The notes beneath the pieces were generated by a model that saw only the letters and a list, made by a program, of their open reading frames with translations, was not told the DNA's origin and did not search any database. From NCBI RefSeq assembly GCF_018350175.1, contig NC_058368.1:205408001-205472000 (forward strand): 64,000 bases of DNA, given 5' to 3'. Positions 24,575-38,549 of the stretch are shown piece by piece. Made by a program: the position numbers and the translations under genes. Origin of the DNA: Felis catus (Eukaryota). Position 1 is the first letter of the stretch, and every line of letters begins with the position of its first letter.

Positions 24575-26564
24575 TGAGTAGTTTTCTGTTTAATCCTGTA
24601 TTCCAGTATTTAGTATGTTTGATGCAAAATGGATATTTTTTTGATCAAATGGGTGAATGAAAGAATGATTTCCTCTGCCACTTTCATGTCTCAGGCTTTA
24701 TAGGAGTTGTGACATCTGGGTTTCAAAAGCTCTGCTGTCCCTTCCTCATTGAAGGATGAAGTTGAAATTCTAGTATGGTCCTTAAAGTCTTCCACAACCT
24801 GTCTCAGTCTCCTTTTCTAGCCTTATCTTCACAAGCTTCTCTCCATGGGACCTGATCCCACATGTCCTTGAGCAAACACAGTGAGAGCCTTATATCTCCA
24901 TGCCTTTACTCCTGCTTCTTCTCTTTCTGGATTCCCCATCCTCATTAGTATTTTAACTCTTGGCAAGCTCCTCGTGCTTTCTGATATACCAGGCAGAATG
25001 CATCACTCACTCCTTCACCTGTGCTCCTTTAAAGTGCTGGGCATCAATCCATCATTGGAATAGAACATGTATGTTCCCTCAGAAACAGGATGCTCCTGAT
25101 TTAGAGAATTGCCTAGTGTCAGTAATTCCCTGTGACCTCCTTGCAAGTTATTTATTCATGTTATAAGTGTGTAACTGGTAGTGTTTAGTTTAAGGTGAAC
25201 ATTCTACCTTTTGACAGATACTTGTCCCGTAATGGACCATCATCAAAGCATTTCACACTAAACGCACTAAAGCATTTCAACACGTCATCACCTCTGCTTG
25301 GCCGTGGTACTCTATGCTCCTTGCCAAGTGTGTGTGTTTAGCCACCCACGTATTACTGTCTTTTCCTTCCAATAGGGTCCTCTTCATCTCTCTCCATATG
25401 ACTTCTGTTCCCCACTTCTGTGGATCAAACTTTCATACTGAAGTGGGCAGTATCAGTCTTCCTGTGTCCTGATTTATTTAACTGTAAGGTGACAAGGTCA
25501 GTATCACCTGGGTGTACAGTTCCGTATCATTAAGATAAGATAATTTAAAGATAAAAAAGCAATATGCTGTGTTGAGTTTCCCTTAAAGGAATTCAAAATG
25601 AAGTGCATTTTTTTGAGGTTCTGGAGCATTGAATGACAAGAAAAAAAGAAATTTAGGCACAAGAAGTATTGGTAGAAGTGGTAAGAAAGGAAGGAGATTC
25701 TGAGTTGGGAAGTCATGAGATGAAATTTAGGCTCAACTGTGAAATCCGTTTTCAGATTCTAAATGCAAGAATTTGAACCAGAGGACAAAGAGTGATGATG
25801 GAGAGGATTTTAAAAAGACAAATAGATTAAATAGAAAAAAATTTGCAGTGTAAGCATTTTGATTATTTCTTGCACTTCAGTACTTTGATCTTTTGCGGTA
25901 CAGTCATTTTTATTTCCTTCCTCCAGTAGTTAATAGCAGAAACTAGTGGCAACATAAAGTGAAATTTTTCAGAAGGTGGGAGAGTGGAAAAGCAAAATGA
26001 AATACACTAGGTGAATATAAAAGAAGACCTTGGTGAAAAAAATTATCCTCAGAATAAATAGATGTTGAAGCTGAACAGTTCATCACTCTTTGTTCTTTTG
26101 GTAACCTCTGCAAATTTGAAGGCTATTAGCAGATGGTACTTGGGTCTTTTTACCTCATTGTTCTAGCATTTTAGAAGACATGTCAATTTATGAGCAGCAT
26201 AGAGCTGCACTTTGAATTCAGTTACCTAAGAAAAAAGGCACCTCTCCTGCTTAGTCTTAGAGGGTGTTAGCAGTGATGCTCCTTGACTCCCAAAGGCTGG
26301 GGGTATGGGAGAGAATGTGGACAGGGAGAAAGCCTGTTCAGAAAACAAACCCAGAGGCTTTCCCTAGGATGCTGCCCCCCCCCCCCCCCAAAGACTTGAA
26401 GCCTTAAAGATACACAGGAAACATTCTGGTGCAACTGGTTTCAGACACCGTGCTTCCTCTTTGCCTCCCTACCTGCATGCATGCTTCTAGCTTGCCTGGT
26501 AATCTTTGAATACTTAGAATGGCAAATTTGACTACAAATAAAATAAACGTGTTCAAGTAATCTT

Positions 26565-26797
26565 TTTTTTTTTTTCTTAATTTCTTTTTTTTTTCAACGT
26601 TTATTTATTTTTGGGACAGAGAGAGACAGAGCATGAATGGGGGAGGGGCAGAGAGAGAGGGAGACACAGAATCGGAAACAGGCTCCAGGCTCCGAGCCAT
26701 CAGCCCAGAGCCTGACGCGGGGCTCAAACTCACGGACCGCGAGATCGTGACCTGGCTGAAGTCGGACGCTTAACCGACTGCGCCACCCAGGCGCCCC
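26565..26797 (-). mobile_element. Very young Can-SINE
   Basis: 17-bp TSD cgtgttcaagtaatctt; nearly identical to 40874-41090 and 61447-61669. Confidence 0.95.
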
Positions 26798-26970
26798 TCG
26801 TGTTCAAGTAATCTTAAAGCTAGGACCCATTTTTCAAACCCTCAACAAAAATGGTGTGGATTAATTTGCTCTAGCATGGGTCATGCTAAAAAAATTATTT
26901 GTCAAATCAGTAATATGTACATTCATGTGTGTATGAGTAGGGTACAGCAGGGAGGTTGAAAATGAAAACT

Positions 26971-27190
26971 GGGGTGCCTGGGTGGCTCAGTCGGCTAAGC
27001 GTCTGACTTCAGCTCAGGTCATGATCTCATGACGGTTCATGAGTTCGAGCCCTGCGTCGGGCTCTGTGCTGACAGCTCAGAGCCTGGAGCCTGCTTCGGA
27101 TTCTGTGTTTCCCTCTCTGTCTCTGTCCCCCCGGCTCCCCCCCCCCCCAATCTCTCTTTCAAAAATAGATAAACTTAAAAAAAAATTTTA
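26971..27190 (+). mobile_element. Can-SINE
   Basis: Full head; TSD-like aaatga(a/g)aact. Confidence 0.9.
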
Positions 27191-29849
27191 AATGAGAACT
27201 AAACTCCAATCAATGACAAGTTAATCTTCTCCGAAAGAAGCAAACATCCCCAGGGTATCTTCTGTAGTCCAAGCCCAGGACTGAGGCCAGGGCTGAGTGT
27301 TTCTGCTATACCATTACTTAATCCTCACTGTATCCTTGAGAAACAACTGTCATCCTTTTGTAAATTTAAAATCCCCCCCCCCCCCCGATTTTGCAATTTT
27401 CTCAGTGTCATGCAATTGTGGTTGAACTGGAATTTGAAACAAGGGTATTTTTGGCCCCGGGATTACTGGAGTGTGGCCCATTAAGCCACGCTATTGATTT
27501 CTCAGCAAGTAGATATCAACTGTCAATGTAACAGATAGCAAAAGTCAACAAACATTCACCGAATGTGTGAAAAATGAAAAAAACAAAGTTGGACATAAAT
27601 TCTTAAGTATATTGAGCCATTCTCCCATTCCCTGCAAACATTGAGCATCTATTTGTGTTTAGCTTTTCATTATCTGGATAAATGTGAGACACATGAGTCT
27701 TTTCTAAAATACTTCTGAGGTATTTATTTTCAAGGTGTGGGGCAAGTGTTTCAATAATTTCTGACTAATGAAGATACTAGTTATCAGCTGAAACAGAGGA
27801 ACAGAAGACCTGTCAAGTCTGTTTATCTTTTGTTTCTCGTTGTGAACCCCAAAAGTGTCCTGGATCTGTAGGAGAAATGACTTTTCTTTTGACTTCCTCT
27901 CTATAAGATTCATGTTTCTTAGTCTATAGATAAGTAGTTCAGGGTGACCTCTCCCCTAGACTGCTTAGGTGTAGATGAATTCTTTTATTTTCTTCCTCCT
28001 CCTCCTGCTGAGGCCCTGACTCTTCACCAGCACCCCCACTTTTTTTTTTTTTTTGGTAAGAGATAGGATTAGCATTAATTTATATATTTCATGTTTTTAC
28101 ACTTTTTCCCCAATTTTACTGAGATATAATGGACAAACAACACTAAGTTTAAGGTGTACAGAGCAATGACTTGACTTGTCCTTCACTGTTTAGTGAAGAT
28201 AATGACAGTAGAGTTCCTCGTGAAAAAATAGGGTATTCATAATGATTTGTTGTCTCTAAATAATGAAATAGAGTAAGATTAGGGCTTTTAAAAAACAGGG
28301 AAAGGAGCATATTGTGGTAGAAGGACTCTGTGATGAAGGCCAAAACCTGGGATCTGGTCTTGCTGTAACACAGTGTTGGGTACATTACAATTACAAAATC
28401 TTACTCAGCTTCAGAAACTTGACCTGTAAATAGAATTGGTGGGATTAGAATACCTGTGTCTTTTTCTTTTTTCTATTTTCAAGGAGACATTCTTAACTTT
28501 ATTTTGTGATTCATCTGTTGGCCTCTTTATTGAGGCTATTGAACTTTTCATTTCCAGGATTAAAAAAAAATATTCGGTGTTCAAATAGAATCCAATAAAT
28601 CCTTGCTGCTGAGGATGGGACAGAGAAGTAAGCTGTCTGTCTGCAGCTCAGCCTATTTCCTTTCTAGCTCTGCCTCCTTTTATTTTTGGCATTTGGGTGG
28701 TGTGCCAGGTCGCACCCCCTGTGTTTGCCTGACCTGGCTGAAGGTTGAATTTAAAGGGACAAAAGTCATCTGCGTAACCTTTGCAGATATTATTTGGCTT
28801 TCAGTAATAGTTCTCTTAAAGGCAATAGGCGTTTGTAGTAATTGACACGTTTTATGAAAGAAGTTTATAGAGGAAGAAAAGAATGCTAGAAACTTACTAA
28901 TGCCATTACCTTGACTCCATAGGTCGTCTGTCAAAGACTGGTAAGGCAGTGTGTGTGAGTTTACAACACTTATGGACCTTTTAACATGGCAGCATATGAG
29001 GAGTCAAGAGCCATGCTCTTTACTCCTTCTCTTTTCAGGTTGAATGTATAATAAGAAATAAAGGATAAGTGACATTGATTATGAACGATTACAACACAGT
29101 GAACTCTGATTTTTCTCCTGTCCATACTGTGTATGAAGCATAAAGAGAGAAACCGTTTAAAACTGATTGTGAATATTCACTAGATAACCCGCTTTGCACC
29201 GAATAGATCACTGTGGTAAGACTAGGCACGCCTCCCTCATAGGTCATAGTCTCATATTTTTTGCAGCATCTATAAACTCCAAGCACCATAGGGGGATGGA
29301 TCTTTTTGTGTGCTGGTCATTACTTGTCCTCTTAGGAGGCATTCGCTGACCTAAGACTGGGTCAGGGCCCAACTACGTATTTGTATATGGGTTATACCAT
29401 ACCTGATCTCCAGGGCAGCAGTCATGTCTTAGCATTTACTGGATGGAAGTAAGCACCATAGTAGTTGGCACATAGTAAGCTCTCAATGAATATTTGTTGA
29501 CCGAATGGAAGGTAGCTCACTATCAGAAACTGATGCTTGATGACATCATTATTGTGAATCTGAGTCCCAGTGTATGGGCTATCAACTTTCAGTGTTTTGG
29601 GTGGCCACAAATGACACAGAATTTTCCTTTATATAATGGGATGCATCCATCATGATCACAAGGGAAGTCTGTTGATAGTGTGTGGATAGGGTATGTCCTT
29701 TCTACTCTTACAGTGAATTATTTGCAGCCCCACTCTTTCTTTCAAAGAGCAGATAGTGAAATTATCATTGCATATATAAAAAGTGAATGTGTATGCAAAG
29801 ATATGTCTCTAAATGATTATTCACTTAAAAATTTTTAAAAATATTTTAG

Positions 29850-29958
29850 GGATGTGTTGGCTACTTTTCAACCAGTACACAACGCCATACCAAATTTTAT
29901 ACAGATCCAGTGGAAGCTGTAAAAGACATTCCTGATGGTGCAACGATTCTGGTTGGTG
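29850..29958 (+). CDS. OXCT1: OXCT1 exon 2 ([37 protein letters not shown])
   Basis: ttttag|GGA...GGTG|gtgagt; 109 nt; contains the mature SCOT start [19 protein letters not shown]. Confidence 0.97.
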
Positions 29959-30959
29959 GTGAGTAATAGTATTGTTTTCCTTTTTGTGATGGTAACATTC
30001 TTATGTTTGTAGCAAAGCAGGGAAATCAAAGTGGCAAAGCTATGTAGATTAAAAATGCCAATTATTTTATTATTAATTCATTATTTTATTTTTATTATTC
30101 ATAATAAATTCAGCATGTTATGTAATTATTAGTTAAAGGTTTATTAAGTTATAGTACTTAATGTTGTACGTTTTATTTCTTTTTGTGTTTCTTTTTCTAT
30201 TATTTTGAAAAGCTGAAGCTTAAAACGGATGTCTTATTAGTAGCTTTGAAAACATTCCTAGATCCTTTGGAATTCTGTTTAACTTAAAACATCTGCATTG
30301 ATCTCGTCATCCCTTAGCTAGCCACTCCTTTCGTTATTCCTCATTTTAGGAGATAGAAAGCATAAATGCACCTATCTATTATTGAGGCCTCTGAGTTCTA
30401 TTGCTTCACCTTGCTTGGAATGTCTTTTGGAACCACGGTCTCACACTCATTAAACTTGCTGCCTGATTCTTGTGATTTTTTTTTTTTTTTAATTTCTAGG
30501 CCTTGGTCGTAGGCTAGCCTTATTTTTAGGGCTGCTCTTCATTCATCCATTCAACTGATCAGTCATTGAATGTCCATTTTAAACCTAATACTATTTGACA
30601 AATTGTGGAAGATACAAAGAAGTAAAAGTCATTAGTCTAGGCTTCTGATTCTGCAAAACTCTACTGAGGCATATAAAACAAACATGCTTGAATAAGTAGC
30701 TACATAAAGGTTGAATTCTAAACTCTAGATATGCAGTAAAGTATAAGATATGCAATATGTAACCATCGTGTAACCATATTAGCAGGTTGCATTTGTCTTT
30801 ATTCTTAAGGTTCAAAGATTTGACGGTGATGTCTGGTGCTACACAATGGTCCAGAACATTTGGATACAGCTGTGTAGCCGTTTATTGAGTTGCTGAGATA
30901 TGTCTATATTTCACTTAGTAGATCTAATAATGTGCTTTGCATTTTTTTTTCTTTTTTAA

Positions 30960-31130
<171 letters not shown>

Positions 31131-33114
31131 TAAGTGTGCATTTTTAAAACAATTGGCTTGGAACAAATGACAGTTCTCTATAATATTTATACAAAGTTTA
31201 AGAATGAAATGAAAATTTTCCTCATTTTATGAGCAACATGCTCAAGTATCAAAAGATAGTTTTTAACAAGCTCAAGAGTTAGAGGTTACATTTCTTCAAA
31301 TGTTTTTGGTACCATTCTTCATAATCATAAGTAAAGCAGACTTGGATAAATGTGTCTCTTAATCTGATGTGCTTTTATTTTTCTAAATTTCAAATATATT
31401 ATTAAAGTTAAGATATGTATTTTCAAATTGAATCTTTCATTTTATAATTCAGAGATGTCCCTTTATATTTTGTTATTATAGATCATTCTGTATAGTGGAA
31501 GATTTCAAGCCGTTTGAAATATGTTTCAAGTCTTTCCTTTGGTTATACCATATTCTAGATGATACGTAAGGTTATCATTAATCATTAAAAATGTTGCTGG
31601 TCTTGGTAGAGGGAGGAGGATACGCAGCCAGCACTTAAGACAGTAGGGTCTCAATCAAAGTGGTCAACAATAAGCCATCACATTTTAATAATGGCATGCA
31701 CATTAAGATATGTTATGAAGAAAAAAAGTATTTTTATATAAAGCGATAAGTTATCAGTTTTCTTTCAACAGTGAAAGACTTGGAAGAAAAAAACTGAAAA
31801 ATTAACTAAATTTGCAGTTTAGCCTAGTACCATAAATGCAATTTAGAATAAATTGTACCAATTGTTTAAGACAGGAGACAGATCCTACATTTGTGCTCAT
31901 GTTTTCTTTGCTGAGTTTATTTATGCTCTTGTTTTCATCTAGAAGGTTCTCCCACCTTTTCTCTGCATATCCACATCTTTCCCATTTTTCAGGATCCAAC
32001 TCAGGTTGTACATCCTCAAAGAAACCTTATCCAATTAAAGAACTTCTCTAGACTTACTGATTTTGCCCCTTTCCGGGTTCCTTTGGAGACTTCTAGCATT
32101 TATTTCTTTGTATACTGAATTGTATTTATTCCCTGAGGTATATTACAGACTGATCTTTTGCTTAAAGTAGTTTTTTTCTTCCCTACTATGCTGAGCCTGA
32201 GGCAGAGTCACTAAGTGCTGGAACTGGATGGGTTTGTAGAGGTTATCTGTTCTAGTTCCCTCATTTAACAGAGGAAACTCATTTGTAAATAGGGAAGTGA
32301 CTTGTTCATGATCACTTGATATTTCTTAAACCCATCCCATGCCCTGTCAACTTACTTTGTACTTATTAAAATACTTTTGACTATCAGTACTTTGTTGGGT
32401 GTTCCAGCTAGCTCAGTGCTTACAAGAAATGGTATAAATCAGTGTAAATTCTTGATGCAGAGTAAGTACTGATAACCACACAAATCTTGAACATGAAGAA
32501 GGCACTTTGCATATCCTCATTGGCAGTTGATTCTCTCAGTTAGGTGGGTTTAAATCCTAGAGGCCTATGGCAACGAGGGCTTTGTTTTGGCCATTAGAGT
32601 CAGACAAATAAGGAAAACTTAGCATTGCTCTGTTGGAGAACCAAAGATAGTTTGAAATGTTGAGTAAATGGAGAGAACTTAGAAGTAATAACTTCTCTCT
32701 CATTTAGAAAAAGGCTTTTTATGGAAGGATCTGCCCACATTGGAAGTCTTTCAAAGGTCAGGACTCCTGATTGTTTTTATTTTGTTTTTAGTTATGAAAG
32801 GGACCTGTTGCCATGAGGTACCACTTACCTCCCTTGGTATGTAGCATTAACTGTTAGTCTTGATGAGATAAACTTTCCCCCTCATGATCACTTAGATGAA
32901 TCAGTACTTTAATATGGATTGATTAGGAAGGTAGGAAAAATTGAAAACATGCTTTTCATTATTTTTTAAAAGACTTTGATATATGAATTACAAGCCTGTA
33001 TGAGCAAAAAGTTTTACAATAAACTATATATCAGCCAATTCAAAAGTAAGGGAAGATTAGGTGTGTTATATTAATCACACTCATTTCCTCACGACAAGAT
33101 TATTTTATTATTAT

Positions 33115-33635
33115 TTTTTTTAAGTTTATTCTGAGAGATAGAGAGAAGGAGGGCATGTGCACGAGCATGAGTGGAGGGAACAGAGAGACACAGACAGAGA
33201 CAGAATCCCAAGCAGCCTTGTGAGATGGTGACCTGAGCCAAAATCAAGAGTGGGATGCTTGAATGAAACATGGCCCTTTGTAGCAACGTAGATGGAACTG
33301 GAGAGTGTGATGCTAAGTGAAATAAGCCATACAGAGAAAGACAGATACCATATGGTTTCACTCTTATGTGGATCCTGAGAAACTTAACAGGAACCCATGG
33401 GGGAGGGGAAGGAAAAAAAAAAAAGAGGTTAGAGTGGGAGAGAGCCAAAGCATAAGAGACTGTTAAAAACTGAAAATAAACTGAGGATTGATGGGGGGTG
33501 GGAGGGTGGGTGATGGGCATTGAAGAGGGCATCTTTTGGGATGAGCACTGGGTGTTGTATGGAAACCAATTTGACAATAAATTTTGTGTATTAAAAAAAA
33601 GAGTGGGATGCTTAACTGAGCCACCCAGGTACCCC
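33115..33635 (-). mobile_element. Can-SINE split by an L1 insertion
   Basis: SINE halves 33115-33260 and 33599-33635 flank the L1. Confidence 0.85.
33261..33598 (+). mobile_element. Young 5'-truncated carnivore L1 3' end inserted inside a SINE
   Basis: 15-bp TSD aagagtgggatgctt (33246-33260 / 33599-33613); encodes ...WPFVAT.MELESVMLSEISHTEKDRYHM; A-rich tail. Confidence 0.9.
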
Positions 33636-34335
33636 ATGACGATTATTTTAGATTACACTTCTCGCGGGTGGGGATTTAGACAACTCCAAGGACAGTCCAG
33701 CTTACGTGCAGAAGCCGAGTAAATACTATCTGAAGATATATATGCCCCTGTGCTTGTGGTTATAATACTGTTGCTTATATGTGGTATTATAGTAGTCAGG
33801 TATAGGAACTCTGTGAGGGCCCAATGAGCAGTTTTTCACTCTAAATAAAATTTCTGTTTCTGCACCAGTGATTTTGAACCAGAAAGTAAAAGTAGGTGGC
33901 TCCTTCACAGTGGCCACTTTATTATTTGTTGAGGCAGCTGCAGCTTTGTAGGGCTCAATGGAGAGAGAATGTGCCATCTTGTCTGATTATAAGCATTCCT
34001 CTAAGATTTGACTATTTTGTCTGGGAAGGGCTAACCACTTCCTGGGATGTATACTTGAACTTCTCTGCTTGGCTCATGGAAGGGAATGTTCACTTGTTCC
34101 ATATAACTGTGTCATAAACTAATGTTTTGTCCAAATATAGCATTGTCTTCTCTTTTGATATTCTTGATACTATTAAAGTAGAAACTGTCATTGAGATTTA
34201 AGTATGCCTAAAATGAGAGCAAAGAAGAGAAATACAGCTTGGTAAATGGTTGCAAATTCATTTTTATTAGAGTTTTGTCTTGGCAAGAATTTCTAATTAA
34301 TGAGATTTCAGAAAATTAAAATTCAGAAAATGAAA

Positions 34336-34552
34336 TTTTTTTTTTAAATGTTTATTTATTTTTGAGACAGAGGGAGACAGAGCATGAACGGGGGAGGAGC
34401 AGAGAGAGAGAGGGAGACACAGAATCCGAAGCAGGCTCCAGGCTCTGAGCTGTCAGCACAGAGCCCGACGCGGGGCTCGAACTCACGGACCATGAGATCG
34501 TGACCTGGGCCGAAGTCGGACGCTTAACCGACTGAGCCACCCAGGCGCCCCC
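34336..34552 (-). mobile_element. Young Can-SINE
   Basis: TSD cagaaaatgaaattt. Confidence 0.93.
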
Positions 34553-35914
34553 AGAAAATGAAATTTTAGATTCAAAGAATGAAAAATACTTTTGGAACAT
34601 TTATGTCTTCCATGAAACACATGAATGTATCTACTGAATTCTTGGTTTTAGACTTTTTTTTAACCACTGAAATGTTTGAAACCCGAGTTTGTTGTACTAT
34701 AGGAGGAAGGTCAAATCTCTCTCTCCTTAGGTATGCTAGAAAAATGTTGGGTTCTAAAGGCAAGCAAGATAATCTCTTTTAAATTCCATCAAAATGACCT
34801 TTAATATCAGAAAGCTGTGAGGTGTCTTAATACACATGTTTCTCTACTAGGAATGGTATATTTCTCATTTGCAAAAGACAGCATGTGTATTTCTTTTCTC
34901 TTTATACTGTAAAGGTCTTGCCTTTTTCATTTTTATATTGTCAGTGTCTGATACACAGGAAGAAGGGATGTATGTTTGCTGAATTGGGGAGTTAGAAAGT
35001 ACGTGGAAGGAAGACACTCTTACTATAAGCTATCTAACAGCATTTTTTGAGGTATATGCACTAACTCTATACCTGGTCAGGGGTAGCCTGGGCTGAGCAT
35101 TTTATGCTCAGTTTATGCTTTGATGCCATGCCAGGTTGTTAATCCAGGAAGAAAGCAAAGGCCAAATATACATAGTTCCCAGAGCCAAGATCAACAAATA
35201 CAGAGAATTCATCTCCAGACAGAGCCAAGTTCAAATGTGTAATGGGTTGAAAAGCCAAACAGAGAGCCATGAGAGAGTGGCTAGAAAAATTTCCGAAGTC
35301 AGTGAATTGGGCAAGTACATTCTAGTTTATCATATGGACCTATATAGTTGAAGGGAATTTTGGGTATTTAAAACTACAGAAAGCAAATGGACTATATTCA
35401 CCTTCATGGATTATTTTATTGTTACAACTTTATTTAGAGAGGGCTCCAGGGGATATCGATGGTGCTCTGATACTGGGTAATTGAAGAGAGTTTACCAAAG
35501 GGACTCTCTCTAAAGGAGAGGTTAAGGTTGAGGGAAAGCGACATGAGTATTGAATTTCCCTGGAGTTAATAACAGAAGAACTGTTACCACCAGCCTGAGG
35601 TCTGAAGAATGAGGGGAAGGGGCTGCCAGGACCTGGGAGAAAGCTTTATGGAGACGGCTCTCCAATGTGCTGCAGCTTGCCAGGGAGAGAGTCGGGGTAA
35701 TATAAATCCCGATATCCTTCTCTTCTTACCTGGTCGGAAGCCAGAGGGCAGGGGAGCCCCCTGATTCAGTCTAGAGTCAGCCATCCTGGCACAGGGAAGG
35801 CAGGAGATCAGAGAATGGGTCTGGACAGGCATATAGAAAATATCCAGCATAAGGACTTGGTGATTTTCATTTTTATTAGAGATGAGCTAGTAAGGAGGGG
35901 GAAAGTGAAATCAA

Positions 35915-37040
35915 GCAATACATTTATTCAGTAAACATTCTGTGTTTATGTAGTACCTTCTGTGTGTTGCATTGGCTTTCAGGTGCTTGGGAGTACAGCA
36001 GTGAATGAGACACCAAGTTCCCTGCATTTGTGGACCTTACATGCCAATGGGGAGAGGCAGACAATAAATAGGAAACATAACAAACAAGCAAATTTTCCAG
36101 TATGTTAGAAGGTTATAGTGCTGTGGAAAAAAAAAAGAAAAGGAGCAAGACAGGGGGACTGGGAGCGTGAAAATAGATCCGCAGTTTTCAGTATAAAATC
36201 AGGCAATCAGCAGCACCTGGGTGGTTGTGTCGGTTAAACTGATTAAATTGGTTAAATGTCATCAGACTCTTGGTTTGGGCTCCGAGTTTGAGTCCCATTT
36301 CTGGCTCCGTGTTGATAATGCAGAGGCTGCCTGGGATTCTCTCTCTCTCTCCCCATTTCTCTGCTCCTTCCCCGCTCACCCTCTCCCTTTTCTTTCTCTC
36401 AAAATAAATAAACATTTAAAAATTAAAAAAAAAAAAAAAAAAAAAAACCAAGGGAGGGACTCATTGAGGTGACAGTTGACCAGAGAGACTTGAAAGAAGT
36501 GAGGGGGGAACCTTGTGTTACCTGGGGAGGAGTTTGTGAGTCAGGGAAAGGCCAGCACAAAGGCCTTGGGCAGTATGCCTGGGGTTTTGAGGGATAGTGA
36601 GGAGGTCAGCAGAAGAAAAGGGAGCAAGAAGGAAGTGGGTGGAATGAGGTCTGAGACTAAAGGGCATCCCATCTTACGAGGCCTTGCAGGCCGCTCTAGA
36701 GATCTCTGCTTTCACATAAATACATGAATGCCATTGCAGCATTTAAGACGGAGCAGTAATGTGATCTGACATACTTTGTTTTTATAGTTATGTTTTTGGC
36801 CACCATTTTGTGAGTGGATTACAGGGTGCGGGGGTAGAAGCAGGGAAGGTTGCTGCAGGATTGAGACAGCAGATGGTGCAGGTCATGGAGGAGGAAGTGG
36901 GAAATGCTTGGATTCTGGATGGGATTTGAAAGTAGAGTCAGGATTTTCCAATATAGTTGATGTAGAGTATGAAAGAGAAGTGACAGGTCATTACTTTTGT
37001 ACAGAAGATCTGTTAGGATGGGGCAGGCTGCAGGTGGAAC
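35915..37040 (-). mobile_element. Degenerate L2 fragment, interrupted by a SINE
   Basis: catttattcagtaaaca...cagcagtgaatgagacac...tgtgatctgac...ggattctgga motifs. Confidence 0.5.
36212..36447 (+). mobile_element. Can-SINE (diverged head)
   Basis: gcacctgggtgg...CT tract...long poly(A). Confidence 0.85.
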
Positions 37041-37170
37041 TGAATGTAGGGAATGGAATTATTAACCTGAAGAAGTGAAGGCCCGGTTAGGTATTAGGGG
37101 GCAAACAGGGAGAATGCATTGTGTGTGAGTGTGGGGAAGAACTACCTTTCCAAGAGACAGGGAATCTGAG

Positions 37171-37198
37171 GTGATTGGCGCCCCCTAGTGCCAATCGC
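37171..37198 (-). promoter_or_regulatory. CTCF-like motif (intron 3)
   Basis: Minus strand reads TGGCACTAGGGGGCGCCA. Confidence 0.55.
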
Positions 37199-38549
37199 AT
37201 TGTTAGTCTTGAGGGGATCGGCTCCGTATCTCAAAAGTACACTCTTGAAAATACTTCTTTAGGCTTTAGTTTTCTTTTGAATCAAGCGAGGATAAATCAC
37301 GTAACTATTCTTTTATGTTCCTGGTGCATCGGAAATGTTATCAGATTCATTACTGGAGGCTAGAACTGTAAACACGTTTAGCAAATGGTTACTGGGACTA
37401 CTTTGAGGAATTCAGTGTGTCCGGGCTGCCTGGTGGAGATTAGAGGCTTGGAAATGCAACATGCTGAGAATTAGGAGTCAGCTGAGCGGGATGGGCACTT
37501 GTGAGCATGAGGAGTGGGGGGATGGGTGAGTGAAGTGGAGGTGGGAGAAAAGGAGGTTGTTAGAAGAAACGTCAGTGGTTTGTCACACAAGGAACCGTAC
37601 GTACTTATCCCTGTCCTAGTCAAACAAGGGGATGTCACTAGGGATCAGTAGACTAATTTCACACCAGTCCATTCTCCCACTATGTTCCATTGCCAGAGTC
37701 AGAATTCTGGGGTGGGTCTGTATCTACACCAAGTCTGTGAGTGATTTTACCCTAATTATCCCTTGATTTGTCTCTTTTTCTCCACTTCTGTTGTTGCTAC
37801 CTTAGTTCAGAACCCCGTCTTTGCTTGTTTGGATTATTTCGAGCCTTTTAACTGATCTCCCTGCCTTTTTTGTTTGTTTGTTTTTTGTTTTTTTAAATCA
37901 CTGAACCTCTCTGATTGTATACCCTGTCATTTTCCACTGAAAATTATTCACAAGGTCTCCCATCTCCTTCAGGATGCAATCCTAATTCCTTGGTGTGACT
38001 CATGTGACAGGTCACAAGCTGGCCTGCCATGCACCTCTCTTGCTCACTTCCACCTTCGATCCATACTGCGGTCGCGTTCAGCATGCAGCCGGTCACACCA
38101 CTGTGCACCTTTGCAAAGCTGCCCATCTGCCTCTTTGGCTCATCACTTCCACACCTCTACTCCTCTCTCAAAGACTTTTTTCTTCAAGTCTGTTCCAGCG
38201 TCACTTTCCGTAAGCTTATTCTGACCTCTTACTCCTCTCTGTTGGGTGACCTTCAGTGTTCTCATCACACTTGATGTAGACCTCTCTTAGCATATCCCTC
38301 CCTCTATTGTAATCATAGGGTTACTTGTTTATTTCTTGATATCTTAGAGTTTCCCCTGGCCCAGGACCCACATAGCCCTGGGGTGCAGGAACAACTTGGT
38401 AAATGACTGTTGGATGAGTGAGCCACGTAGAAGACCCACGCTCCATAGGGGAGAGGCCATCGGAGCACTAAGGGGATTAGGAGGGAGAGATCATGAATGA
38501 AGTCTTCTGTTTCTGGGAGGAACTCTGGCTTTATCACGATATTCGTTCT

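Noticed and set aside
33089..33637. 182-aa minus-strand ORF
   Set aside because: Chimeric read-through of a SINE and an antisense L1 3' end
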